Part shown: positions 30,093-45,577 of the stretch, piece by piece | How positions within the stretch are numbered: the first letter of the stretch is position 1 | Layout of the letters: every line of letters starts with the position of its first letter | NCBI RefSeq assembly: GCF_009914755.1 | Contig: NC_060933.1 | From: the human T2T-CHM13v2.0 reference genome, Homo sapiens | Reading direction: 5' to 3' (one strand) | DNA length: 64,000 bases | Program-made: the position numbers and the translations under genes | Notes under the pieces: generated by a model | The model's input: only the letters and a program-made list of their open reading frames with translations | Databases searched by the model: none | Told to the model about the DNA's origin: nothing

Positions 30093-32374
30093 GGCCTAAA
30101 GCATAAGCAAAAGTGTAATATATTATTTTCTAAAGATAAAATTTAGCATAGGCATTTTAAGTAAATCAGAAAAAGATATATTAAGTGCTGAAAGAAAAAT
30201 TGAGTGACTATAATGGCAGGAGAGGAAAGGCTGATATTTCAGACCATATACTGAAATTCCAGATAAAGTGAAGAATGAAGTAAAAAATATACTAGAAGAA
30301 AACATAGGTATGTATTTACAAAAATTTTGGAGATGGGAAGAGCTTGTCAAGCATAATGGAAAGGTGAAAAAAATGGTCTTGATAAATTTAACTGTATAAC
30401 ACACTAAATTTTTCAATAGATCAACTAATATCAAAAACAAAATTAAATGTCACATGAAACATGGAGAAATATCTTAACAAATATGACAAAAGGCTGATCT
30501 GATACCCTTACTTTATAAAGAGCTCTTATAAATCAGTAAAAAAAAGAACAGTCTAATGGGAAAAAGTGCCAACAACATGAACAGCCAATTTACAAAAGGA
30601 GAAACAGAAATGAGAAATATTCTTAGTAAAAAAGAAATTCAATCTCAATAGTAATGAAAAAAATGCAAATTAAAATAGCAATCGCCAAAAATCAGAAAAG
30701 AATAATACACAATACTGGCAGGGAATGCTCCCGTATACTGCTATGAAACTCTAAATTGGCATGATCTTTCTGGAGGACAATTTGGCAATACGTACAAAAG
30801 GTTCAAAAATGTGCATATGCTATTTCTAGGAATTAACTTCAGAAAATAATCAGAGATGTTCCCACAAAAGTACAAGTATGAGTTTACTGCATTATTTATA
30901 ATCAGTAAAAATTGGCAACTACCTCCATGTTCAATAACGGCAGCCTTCTTGAGTAACTGATGGCATACGCACAGGGTAGAATAGTTTAAACAGGAATTGG
31001 ATAAAGATGGTGAGAGCAAACACACATCTACCTCCTGTCCCATCCCCGAATCCTTGAAATGGCCGGCCAAAAAAATGTTAAGAAAAAAAAAAATCCCAAC
31101 AGTTTTGGAAAAAAGAAGAAGACCGTTCATGGACAGGGTATTTGCAGAATTGTTGGAATATAGGAAGAAAGGGAACAGACTGTAGGATAAATATGACTGG
31201 AGGCAAATACAATTCAAAACACATCAGGGCTATGGCACAGATTGGGGTCAAGTCAAGAAGCACTGTAGCCATTAGGAGTCACGGTGACGGAGTCACGGAG
31301 AACATTTGCTGACCTGGGAAAACATTCCCCCTGCATTGCTAAGAAGCCATTTCGATAGCAAGAGCATGTATTTATTTACACACATTCATTTATGTGCATT
31401 GAAAAAATGGTAAAGACATCAGCCTAGATGTTAATGATGACCTTTCAGTGGGTAGGTTATGGCCAATTTTAAATTTTCCTTTGTGCTCTTTTGTGTTTTC
31501 CAAGTTTTCTGCATTGAGTTCATATCCATATTACAATTAAAAAACAATAATTAGTACTTTAAAATAAAAATAACCACAAAAAAGAACTTGACATTTTTAT
31601 GGTAAGAAAGTAACTGTAATCTTATTATTTTTCCTTTGAATTACTGTAGTAACCTCCTGGCTGCTTTCACAGCCTCTGGTCTGCTCCTCCCAATTGGCCC
31701 TCAGGACTGCTACTATCTCACTTCTCATTTAAAAACCATCCATGGCTCCCAACTGCTGACAGGTAAAGTCTCAACTTAGAGGCATGCAGGGATCTTCGCC
31801 ATCCTTCTTGCCTCCTAGCTCATCCTTCCACTTCTCATTCTGTTCATGGAGCTATCGAGCCCCAACAGACTCTTTGCTGTTTCCTGAAGGTTCCACACAC
31901 CTTCCCAACTCCACTCCTTTGCTCATGCGGCTCTGGCACTACCCAAGCCTGGCAGATGGGCCTTGGGGGAGAAACCACAGCCAGAATGTACCAGAATAGC
32001 TCTAGGGAACCTACACACTACAAGATGCACTGCCCTGTCAGCCAAGAGGACCGGCAGAAACAACGTGTCCCGGGAAGGGTGGTAGGAGCAGCGTGAAGGG
32101 ACAGTGCTCTGTTCTGAGATTCCCAACTTGAGAAAATAATAAAAATTAAATGCAGGATCCCATGGCAAAAATTCCAAAGGACTGTGAAGAGGTCCCCTTG
32201 AGACATGGTTGATTGGCCTGTATATTCACCTCCCTGCTTCTGTGGTAGGTGGGGTACAGGGACTTGGGGGGATATTGGCCCCAGACTCCTGGCTTCCTCT
32301 TCTTCACAAGGGCAGGCACAAACCGGGGTTCATGTCTATACCTGCCACTTCGTGGCTATGAGACCCTGGCATTA

Positions 32375-32715
<341 letters not shown>

Positions 32716-35047
32716 TAGGGAGACCACACCATGCTGAATAATTGAACATAACTACCTGGCACACAGTAGGTTCTCAATAACTGGCAGATGAGATTTTAAT
32801 CACATTTTCCTACTCCCAAGGTCCTGATGTGTGTGTGTATAGAGGGGGAAGGGTTGCTTCGCAAGGCTTGAGTCCTGCCCTGGGAGCCTGGCCCGGGGCT
32901 GGGCAGGTGGCACCAGGAAGTGTCCCTGGTGAGGGTGCTGAGGTCACTGTGGATGGTCCTTTTCCCCCAGAGACCTGAAGGATCTCCTGTGGACTGTTTT
33001 GAAGAAGGCACACTCAGTCAACGCTATGTTCCAGGATCCTCACAGCTTGAGTGGAGGATATATTTATCTAATATCACATGCCCTCTTGAGCAAAGAGTAC
33101 AACACTCACCCAGCCCTTCAGGAGCCTGGCGTTGGCACCACAGACCCACGGCCAGTCACCCTAGCCTCTCTGAGCGGGGTCCATGTGGAGTGGGGAGAAG
33201 GACTCCACTCTGAGGACCTGGTGTGGAGTGTTATGGGGGACCATCCACTAGGTCCTGAGGTCTTCCTTTTGAACCAAAAATGGGACAGCCATCTTCTCTC
33301 TGCTCTGGAGTAGAGGGAGGAGGAGACTAGTGGGCCATCTGTCCCGAGGGCAGGAGCTCTGAGCCAGATAAAGGCATCCAAGCTCGGACATCTGTCTTCA
33401 GCAGGCTTAGCCATGGCAGCCACCACTGAGCAAAACATCCTGGAAATGCTCCAGATGTGCACACACTGCTCCAAGATGGCAGAAGCACTAGAAACTGGAG
33501 CCCCTGACAGGCGGTGGCTCTCACCTAGGTGGGGTCTTCCCACTCTGCAGGGGTGGGTAGGACAGAGCACTGCTAGTGGGCTGCACTTCCCACAGGGAAC
33601 ATTCACATGAAAGAACAAGTGTTGCTTGAACCCCAGGATCTGTCCCTATGGAGCCTCAGCAGAAGACTGAAGGCCTGTGGGGCTGATTCTTGACATTGAT
33701 CAAATGCCTTTCCCATTGATTATCTGCTTTAGATCAGAGTTTCAAGGAGAAGTCTATTGCCAGTCCCACTCCCCACCCTTCACCCATCTATCCTCATGAG
33801 TTAAATAAACAGGCGGCTAAGTGCTTTTTATTCATCCCAGTGGTCCCCAAACTTCAGTCACTCCTGCACCTCTTAGAGGCCATTTCACCATGTCTGTGCA
33901 CCACCCGTGTAAGCATTAATTAGTATTTTCAATTGAATGGTGTCACTTTTTAAACAGGGATTCCATCTTAAGCAATAACATCCATGAAGTACAGTTTTGA
34001 TGTGCTAGTCATCATTTTACTTTTTCCTAGTGTATAATAACACAAATACAGAGATATTAAGATTGTACAAAAATCATATCACATATTTAAACCATTCTCT
34101 GGGAAATAATGGACCTACCCTAACCCTTCAAATGCCAAAGAGGCTGCCACAAACAACCACCAAGGTCTGGACAGGACAGATAAGAATCTTTTCCTGCTGG
34201 CTGACCCACAGGCCTGGCCCCTTGCAGAGCTCAAGGGAAGAGCACAGAGAAGGAGAGGATGCTTGCTTGGGCAGGCAGCCAAGTCACCTAAAAGCATTGG
34301 CAAGTTCTTCAGATAAAAGTTGGGGCCCGAGGTGGGGCACTAGTACCATTAGGATTAGAATCTGATCCGTCGGAGTCCCCTCTGTCTCCTAATGATAAAA
34401 GATCTGCAGATACGCTGGCAGCCCAGGTGATCCTGCAGCCAGGAGGGATGCCAAGGGCAGAGCTCAGAGGTGGCTCAGCCCTCCAAGTGTGCTTGGCCTT
34501 GTTCTTAGTTAAAGTGAGCTTGGGAGCACAGTGGTCCCACCTGAAGGCTGCCCATTCCTTCAGTGCAGTGGTTCTCACACTCTAGCTGCATCAAAATCAT
34601 AAAGCTGAGCCCATCCCACAGTGTCTGATTCACTGGGGCTGGGACAGAGCCCAAGTGGTCCTGCTGATGATGCTGGTCCAGGGACCACACTTTGAGAACG
34701 ACTGGTGTAGAAGTCAGTATTGCCCAATCCTGAAGAGAGAGGATTCTGAAGCATTAACAACTCAGGAAAAAATTCTCCCAGGATGACAAATTCAGGAAAA
34801 TTAACTTGGACACAAACTACCGTGTGTGCATTCCCAAAGCCCAACACCTACATCATCTATAAGCAAGCACGTGGCAGGTTCCTGGGGATTGTTGATGCCA
34901 ATGGCTGGTCCAGAACTTTCCACTGAGATCTCTAGAAGAATTTCCACCAACAAACAATGTCACATCCAAAAAAGACTTCAAGTTAAGAAATGATGGCATG
35001 ACCTGAGTGGAATTCTGCAGGAGTCAGACTTGCTGACTCTGCCAGAA

Positions 35048-36062
35048 CTGCCTGGCTCTTTGCAACGATCCCCCCTTGCCAAGTTGCCATCTGTCCCACC
35101 AAAGGGGCCTCGGGTCAACTCCTTTAAAGTTACTGCTTACTCTTCCAGAGCAGTATCCTGGGAGACACTCCTGCAGGGGAGGACAGGGAGACCCTGGGCT
35201 TGCATCTAACCTAGGAGTCACCCTTGTTAGAATCATCCGTCATTCCCTGCTGCTCTTCCAGATGGCCCGGGTGACTCAGGCAGGAGGCAGTCAAGAGAGG
35301 GAATGGACTCTTCACAAGCCTGGATGCTGGGGCTGGGGTTTCTCTGCACCCCTTACACCTTCATCTCACCATCCCAGGAACAGGTGGACTCAGGAAAACA
35401 GGAGGGAAAGAACTGCATTTGTCCCTAAGAATCTGGCCTAATGGATCAAGAATCATGTACTGAAATCCTCACTGAACATACCTGCACCAGGGAGCATGCA
35501 GGGTGAGGGGACACAGGGATCTGCTGTGGCTCTCATTCATCATCTCATCTCATCCCCCATCCAGTGACAGTGGGTGAGAGATGAGGAAGCAAATGGTGTC
35601 TTGTGCTGCATCATGCAAAGAACTGGTATGGGGAGAAAAATGAGGAGGAAGAACACAGAGACGGCACACCTGGAGCCAGCTGGGGAGGTTGAGCCAGATG
35701 GAGGGCAGGATGTTCCTGCCAAGAGAGAAGCCAGCATGGAGGTGTGGCTGGACCAAAGGGGCAAAGGAAGAAGTGACTGCAGGTGAGACAGAGGAGGAGG
35801 CCTCAGAGAGACCATAAAGGGTCTCGAGCCATGCTAAGGAGCTTGTTCCTGCTCAGAGCAGCAGGAGAGGATGATGATTCTAACAAGGGTGGCTTCTAGA
35901 TTAGATGCAAGCCCAGGGTCTCCCCGTCCTCCCCTGCAGGAGTGTCTCCCAGGCTACTACTCTGGAAGAGTAAGCAGCAACTTTAGAGGAGTTGACCCAA
36001 GGCCCTTTTGGTGGGGCAGATGGCAACTTAGCAAGGGGTAAAGGTTTCAAAGGGCCAGGCAG
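35048..36062. repeat. Inverted repeat: 190-bp arms (35048-35237 and 35873-36062), ~90% identical, 635-bp spacer
   Basis: Manual alignment of the left arm to the reverse complement of the right arm: ungapped, about 18 mismatches. Confidence 0.95.
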
Positions 36063-36519
36063 GGCCCTGGAGGGCCTGAAAGGGCAGGTGCTTTGAAGAG
36101 GAAGCTCTGCAGATGCTGACCTTTTGGTCTCGGGCAGATTAAGGGCCTCACCTCAGTGGGGCCTGCCACTTGAGAGAGGTCGCCAGTACAGAAAGGTCAG
36201 CTTCAGAAGCCTCGAGATCACTGAGGACCAGTGACTAGGTGGGGAGTCTTGGAGCTTGGAGCTTGGAGGGAGAAAAGGGAAAGGCAGCCATGCTCATGGC
36301 AGGCACAGAAACTCAGCCATGCAGTGGGGCTCCTGAATAGGGGCCAGCCACGGGCTAAGGAACCTGATTCTGGATGTTAATAAAAATAACAGCTGCCCCT
36401 TGCATGGTGCTGAGGATAAGCCAGGCACTTTTCTTAGTAGTTTAAGTATCCTAACACATTGAATCCTCCCAACAACCCTAAGAGGTAGGTGCTATTATTA
36501 TCCTCATGCTCAAGATGAA

Positions 36520-38085
<1,566 letters not shown>

Positions 38086-39378
38086 CAAAGCAGAGGCACA
38101 AAGAGGCAAGTAATTCTCATGACCATGTCCCTGGGAGTGGCAGGATCAGGGTCAAAGGCCAGGTCTCCATAAGCTCACATCCTAGAATCCAAAATTCTTT
38201 GAGCTAGGAGGGATCTTAGAGGTCAACTGGCCCAATTCTCTTAGCTTACAGAAAGGGAAACTGAGACCCAGAGACAGCAAGTGATTGGCTTACGGGTACT
38301 TAAGCACTTAGTTGGTTAGCTGCAACATAGAATTGAGAGCCCAAAGAATAACTTGGTGAGGATGGTTGGGTAGACCATAAGACTTGAAAAGGGGGAGAGA
38401 CCCAAATGTCTCTGCCTCCCTCTGCTGTCTTTCTAGGCATCCCCTGCCCACTGCCTTCATCTCCACCCCAAGCCCTATCTCCCTCCTGGGCCCGCAGTGC
38501 CCATGTGACATCACTCAGCACTCTGGCCTCTCAGCTCCTTGCCCTAAATTCCAGTGACCTGCACCTCCATGCCACAATGGGTCTTCACACATCACCAGGG
38601 TCTGGACTCTCGGTACTTATGCCCCTCTTCTGGCTCTGTCCACAGCCTCCCAACAACCCTCCAGTTCCTTACCGCAGCCCCTCAATGTGCACACGGGTTA
38701 CCTGCCTGCCTATCCCTCTCCAACACAGACTTCGTGGACCACCCAACTCTTCACACCCCTACTGTTGTCTTCCATCTGGCAGGGCCCCCAGCACTGGACC
38801 AAGGCCTCCCTCCACCTTCTCCATCCTGCTCCTCAGTCCCCAGGCCTGCTGAGGGCCACAAGTAGACCGAGGCCACCAGGTAGAATGGGGCTACTTTGAG
38901 CTCAAGGTCTCCCACCACCAGAGGGCATCACTTCCACCCTGAGCTCCTGACTCTGAGCCAATTACGCAGGACGTGAGTTCTCAACGCTGGCGACACACTG
39001 AAGCCACCTGGAGAGCTTGGACAGGCTCCAACACCAGGGTCGTCCAGTGTGGTTGCTCTGGGGATGGCCTGGGCATCAGGATTTTCAAAGCTCCCCAGAT
39101 GCTCCATCCATACAAGGGATTACCACTCAGCAGTAGAAAGAAACAAACCACCGCCACATGCCACAGCATGATGTGCCTCAAACACTGCGCTAAGTGAAAG
39201 AAGCCAGACGCAAAAGACTGCGTGTTCTTTAATTCCATTTATATGAAATTTCCAGAAAAGGTAAAACTATTCCTGGGGCTGGGGGGTGGAACTGACTACA
39301 AATGGGCACATGGGAATTTTTAGAGTGATGAAGAGTGTTCTAAAACTGGATTGTGGCGATGGTTGCACAAACACATAC

Positions 39379-39658
39379 TTTTTTTTTTTTGAGACAGGGT
39401 CTCACTGTCTCCCAAGTTAAAATGTGCAGTAGGGCAATCATAGCTCACTGCAGCCTTGAACTCCTGGGCTCAAGCCTCTCAGGTAGCTGGGACTATAGGT
39501 GTGCACCATCATGCCCAGTTAATTTTTGTATTTTTTTTTGTAGAGACAGGGCTTTGTCATGTTCTCCAGGCTGGTCTCAAACTTCTGGGCTCAAGCAATC
39601 CTTCCACTTTGGCTTCCGAAAGTGATGGAATTACAGGTGTGAGCCACCACACCTGGCC
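39379..39658 (-). mobile_element. AluJ nested in an L1M 3' fragment (~39100-39760), itself within a MER5-like element (~38975-39855)
   Basis: Reverse Alu with J-type features; L1 3'UTR continues on both sides; MER5-like ends gttctcaac… and …gttgagaac. Confidence 0.85.
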
Positions 39659-41544
39659 AACATAAAAAATTTATAAAAAATAATTGAACTGTACATTAAC
39701 AACGGATGAACTGTATGGTATGTAAATTATATCTCAATAAGGCTATTAAAAGTGAAGAAAAGGAAATGTAAGAAAATCCAAAAATGTACATTTTATTTTG
39801 TATTAAAATCAAAATTTCCCTGGTGATTCTAGCGAGCAGCCAGAGTTGAGAACACAATGCAGGAAGCCTCACCACTCACCCCCAGGCTGTGTCATTGATC
39901 TCTGGTCCTCCACAGCACAGGGCCCATCACAGACCATGGCACATAGGAGGCCACACTGATTTTTTGAGTGAATGGGCCTGCATTTTCAGTTTGCCCCATG
40001 AATCACTGGAGAAGCAAATGGCTATTTAGTGAGCACCTACTACACAGAGATCTTTCATTTCTGTTTTCTCACTTAACCATCTCATCTTCAGTACCTGCAA
40101 GGTAGGATAAATAGCCCCATTTTACACAAGGGAAAAGTGGATCTCTATGAGGCCTAGGATCTCACAGCCATCACTTAGCAAGGATGGGCTCAGAGATCAG
40201 CCCACCTGGTACCAAATCCTTCCTTCTTTTGTCTCATTTACATCTTTCATCCAGAGGGGGCATGGCAGAGCAAGCTGAAACTTTCCAGTAGCCAATTCTC
40301 TCCATGGAACCCTGGTCCCAGCAGCAGCTCTAGATCTGATACATCCTAGGGTCAGCATGGGAAAGTGAATTGCCTGGGGTCACGCAGCCATGCTTGGCCA
40401 AAGTGGGCCTAGAGATCAGTACCTCGGACCCAAGTCCTGAGCAGCCTCTGGGTTACCATGGGCTTACCTTGAAACTCAGAGGTTGGAGGTGCTCACAGGA
40501 GCAGCTGGTCCCCAGGTGGGATGGCCCTCAGCCTTCTACCCGCTTCCATAGTCCTAATGCCACAGTAATAAGCTCCGTGGGAGTAAAGCCCCTCCACCAC
40601 CCACTCCGACTTCAGGATTTCTTTCACTTGACATTCCTTCCAGTGCACCAGTCCGGAACAGAAGTGCTTGACGTTGCTGATCGACCAGTTTCATAAAAGG
40701 AATCCAGTTTCCTTTGCACTCATGAAAAGCTGTTAGCCCCTGGCGAGTTTCCAGGGCCTGCACTCCAGCGATGCAGCCCAGACATTGAGAGAGGGATGCC
40801 AAAGCCCTTGGGCACAGAGAGGAGTCAGCTGGGCTGAGAGATTTTAAATCAAGAGAGGTCCTTGCCAGCAATACCAGCAAGCAGCATCCTGTCCTCGGGA
40901 AAAAAGGTTTCCCACTGAGATGCCCTGAAACCCTGGCTGAGGGCCCCGACACGGCTGTGCAAGGGGAAAGATGTGCTACCCAACAGTCAAGACCTGAGAT
41001 TACCCAGTGAGGACCATGTAGCGAGGACACACAGCAACAGCCTGAGGGTACAGCTTCCAGCCCTGCCTGGGCTCTTTACCAGCATGCGCCCTGGGGCAAG
41101 AGACCTCCCACCCTCTGCAAACCTCAGTTTCCCCATCTGTAAAATGGGAACCATCACTCCTCCTTACAGGGTGGCTGTCTGTGAGAGTTTTTGGGAATCT
41201 ATAAGGCACACAACCAATGTCAGGGCTCACAATTTACCCCCTTTAGAACCAGTCTGGTGGGAATTTCAAACCTCTTAGGCTATATGCAGGTAGTTCCTAT
41301 GCAATTCCAGGAAGCTAGAGAAGAAAAGAAGGAGAAATGGCAAGTCTGAACTGAGGGGTTCAGGACCCCAAAATTTAGTCCTGACTTTTCTGTGAACAAT
41401 CTTTCATGACTTCAGAGGTGCCTTGAAACCTTGAACTTTGTCCCCTTCCCTCTCTGGGCCTTAGTTTCCCCTTCTACAAAATGAGGAGGGTAGGAGATAT
41501 GTCTCTAAGGGTCCTTCAGGCTCTGACAGCCAAAGATGCTATTA

Positions 41545-41889
<345 letters not shown>

Positions 41890-43724
41890 CTAAATCCTAG
41901 TAGAGTCCAGTGTTAATGGGGCCATGGGATGGGTCCTTCTTATCCTCCACCATCCACTTGTTTCACTCTCATTTTAGAACATTTCTCGCTTCTCTATGAA
42001 GGCGGCCTTTCAGCAAAAGCCTCTTCAGCGTTTGGCAATGAGTCACTCCCGCTGGAGGTCAAGTTCCCTTTGTGCCTCCTCCTAGGGGCTGAGAAACAGA
42101 GAGGTGGGAAGATGACGAGCAGTCTTGCCTGGGAAAAGCTTGCCTTGTTTGGATACCCACAGACAGTGGGGCCAAACACTTCCACTTTTCACGCACCTCC
42201 AAAAACAACCCTCTCTGTGTATGAACTTTACAGTTTACGAAGCTCTTTCAGATCCATTACTCATTGGATTTTGGCAGAAGCCCTGCAGGGAGGCATGCAA
42301 GAAGTTATTGTCCCCATTTTACAGGGGAGGAATCGAAGCTCAGAGAAGCAAGGTAACGTCTCCAAGGTCACACAGCCAATGTATGAAGTGGTCTCTCCTT
42401 CCCATGGAAGAGACAGGGGGCAAGAACCTCAGAAGGTAAGTGCAGAGCTGCAGTGGAAACCAGGTCTGCTGATTACCAGCCCTGTTCTACTCCCAACTTT
42501 CTTGCCACCCTGCCCGGCCTTTCCCCATTCCCAGGCTGGCAAGAGGCTGTGTGTCTGCCCCCACCGCTCCGGCTGAGGTCTGTCTAGACCCCTGACTCAC
42601 ACATGGAAATCCTCCACACGGCTAAAGTTTGTTTCTCTTGGGCTGCTAAGAACACTTGGTTTGTCTTGTGTTTTTGGAGGCTCCAAGTATCAAAAGCACA
42701 CATGGGAATAGAAAGGAAAGGAGGAGGCACAAAGCAAATGGGAAAAAAGACAGGAGGCCATTTTGTACTCATCTGAGTGAGGCTAATGTTTCAAATATTT
42801 GTTAATATCCACTGTTAGTAAGGATATGTGAAAATGGGAATTTTCAAATGCTGTTGGTGGGACTAGAAATTAGAACTGCCTTTTTGGAAGTCAGTCCTTC
42901 TCAAATTTTTAAATGGCCCAGCAAATCCACTTCTAGAAGTCTACTGCCAAGACGCACACCTAGCCATGAGAGTATGGTTGTCCCATTGAAAAGTGGTCAA
43001 CGTTCAGAGGGGCTGGCTCGGTAAGTTACGATATACCCATCTGACAGAACACCAGGTCCCTTTAAACCATGAGGTTAATCAAGACCTCTAAGATCTGTTG
43101 TAAAGTGAAAAAAGAAACATACATGATATGAAGTCATTTGGCTTTAAAACAAATACATTGAAAAAGTTCTAGGCAGATGAACCCCTAAGTGAAAGCAGGA
43201 GTTAACTTTCAGAGAGAAAGCATGATTCAGGTGGCTTAGGACAAAGCAACACTTTTACATTTTTTACTACCCATATTTTGGCTTTTTTTTTTCCCCACAA
43301 CAAAACACATACACAAAACAAAAAAATTGCCTACCATATATTAAGGTGTGTTTGTAAGTCACTTAGAACAAACAAAACTCTGTACCCCATCCAAGGTGAC
43401 ATTGGCATCTTCGGTCCAAGCCAGCCCTTCCCCAAAACTCTCCTCACAGATGAACACACCCCCTGGTAGAACTTTGTGATCTTAGATGGTCACGACAGCA
43501 TCAGTAACAAAGACAAGCCCACAGGGCCACTGAGGGAATAAGCCACACGAGGTAGCCAATAAAAAGAATGAAAGGGAAGGTTCACTCCTGATGATGGTTT
43601 CCACCAGTCCTATGCACAGTGAAATTCCTCAGCTACCAGCTCTATTTTGTCAACGGTGAAACAGCTTTGATCGCACTAACCAACACATGCTTAAAAGCCC
43701 TGTGACAGTACCCATCCCTGACTA

Positions 43725-44033
<309 letters not shown>

Positions 44034-45267
44034 CTACTGGAATAGAGACTGTTAGCTTCAACTTAGAGCATAAACACACAGGGACAGATATTTTTAAAAC
44101 TTTTTTATTGTAAGAGTAACATATCATAATGGAAGGGAAGGTTTAAAAATGCAAAATAAGGAGGAAGAAGGGAAAAAATAGCCAATGATCTACCCCTCCC
44201 TAAAGAACCATCATTCATGTTATCGTCTATTCCTTCCCAGTCCTTTTTCTATGCAGTGATTGAATTTTTTAAAAAAGATCCTGAAATCATTCTACATGCA
44301 CAATTGAACTGTTTTTCCCCATTTAACGGTATCCTTAAAAACTCTTCGTAAACCTTATAATAGCTGCACAATATTCCAGCATATGAATATACCATAAATT
44401 TACTGAATCGTTTCTAATTTGGGGTTATTTCGATTATTTCTAATTTGTCATTATCATCATATTATTCTACAGGCATCTTTGTACATAGCATTTTTGTTTT
44501 ATATTTTGGGATGTTTCCATAAGATAGAGTCTGTGATGTAAAATTTTCCAGATAAAGAATATGAGTCTTTAAAGATTTATACTTATTTCCAAAAAACATT
44601 TTATCGGTTTGCAAATTTAGTAGCCAGGAATGATTAGAGGGCCAGTCTCACCACATCTTTGCCAACACAGGGAGTAAAAAATGTTATTCTGTCTAATTTT
44701 ATAATGATTTATCACCAAATAAAACCCTGAATCATATCGCATTCATGGTTATAGATAATGCTGAACTTTTCCCTATGGTTATTAACTAGTAGCATATCCT
44801 ATTTTAGGAGTTACTTTTTCATGTCCTTTATTTTTTGAGTGGTATTCTAATGCTTTTCAGATTGAATTTAATGAAGATATTTTATATATATAGCGTTCAA
44901 ACTCAGGCTATTATAGTTGCTGCAAATATCTCAGTTTGCCTTTACATTTTATGTGTGTGTATTTTAATTTACACTCGATAGTCAAAGCTGTCCATCGTTC
45001 TCTTTATTATTTCTTCTTTTTCTTTTAAGTGCCAGTTAAGTTGTTAAGTTGGATTTTAATTGTCTGTTCCTGAAGGCCCAACCTAAATGCCACCCCTTCC
45101 ATAACACTTCCTCTGATCTCTGTTCCTTCCCTCAGCCTCAGCCACAGAAGGTAGTTATCAAAGTTTTTGATCTTTGCAGTATGATGGTGAAAAGATGTTA
45201 TCTGGTTATAGTTCTAATTTGCATTTTTCTTAGAGTGAGTGAAGTTGAATATTTCTATTTTGTTATA

Positions 45268-45577
45268 TTAATTTTATTTATATATATATTTATTTATTAT
45301 TTAGAGACAGGGTCCATTCTGTTGCCCAGACTGGAGTACAATGCTGCTATCATAGCTCACTGCAGCCTGGAACTCCTGGGTTCCAGCGATCCCCACCTGC
45401 CTTAGTCTCCGGGGTAGCTGGGACTATAGGTGTATGCCTCTATGCCTAGCTAATTTAAAAATCTGTCAGAGAAGGGGCCTCACTATGTTGCCTAGTCTGG
45501 TTTTGAACCCCTGGGCTCAAGCCTCTGGCCTCAGCCTCCTGAGTCACTGTGACTACAGGTGTGCTATCGCACCCAGC
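45268..45577 (-). mobile_element. AluJ (diverged) within an old minus-strand L1ME region
   Basis: gagacagggtccattctgttgcccagactggagtaca…atcatagctcactgcagcc. Confidence 0.9.

Larger units (their letters stand above)
23700..31600 (+). mobile_element. Highly decayed old L1M block interrupted by L1MB, L2, MIR and MER3/MER33 pieces
   Basis: A-rich + strand with scattered ORF1/ORF2 remnants; boundaries approximate. Confidence 0.55.

Noticed and set aside
41929-42576. 215-aa ORF
   Set aside because: No recognisable domain; it includes MIR-derived sequence (…VPILQGRNRSSEK…) and is antisense within an intron.
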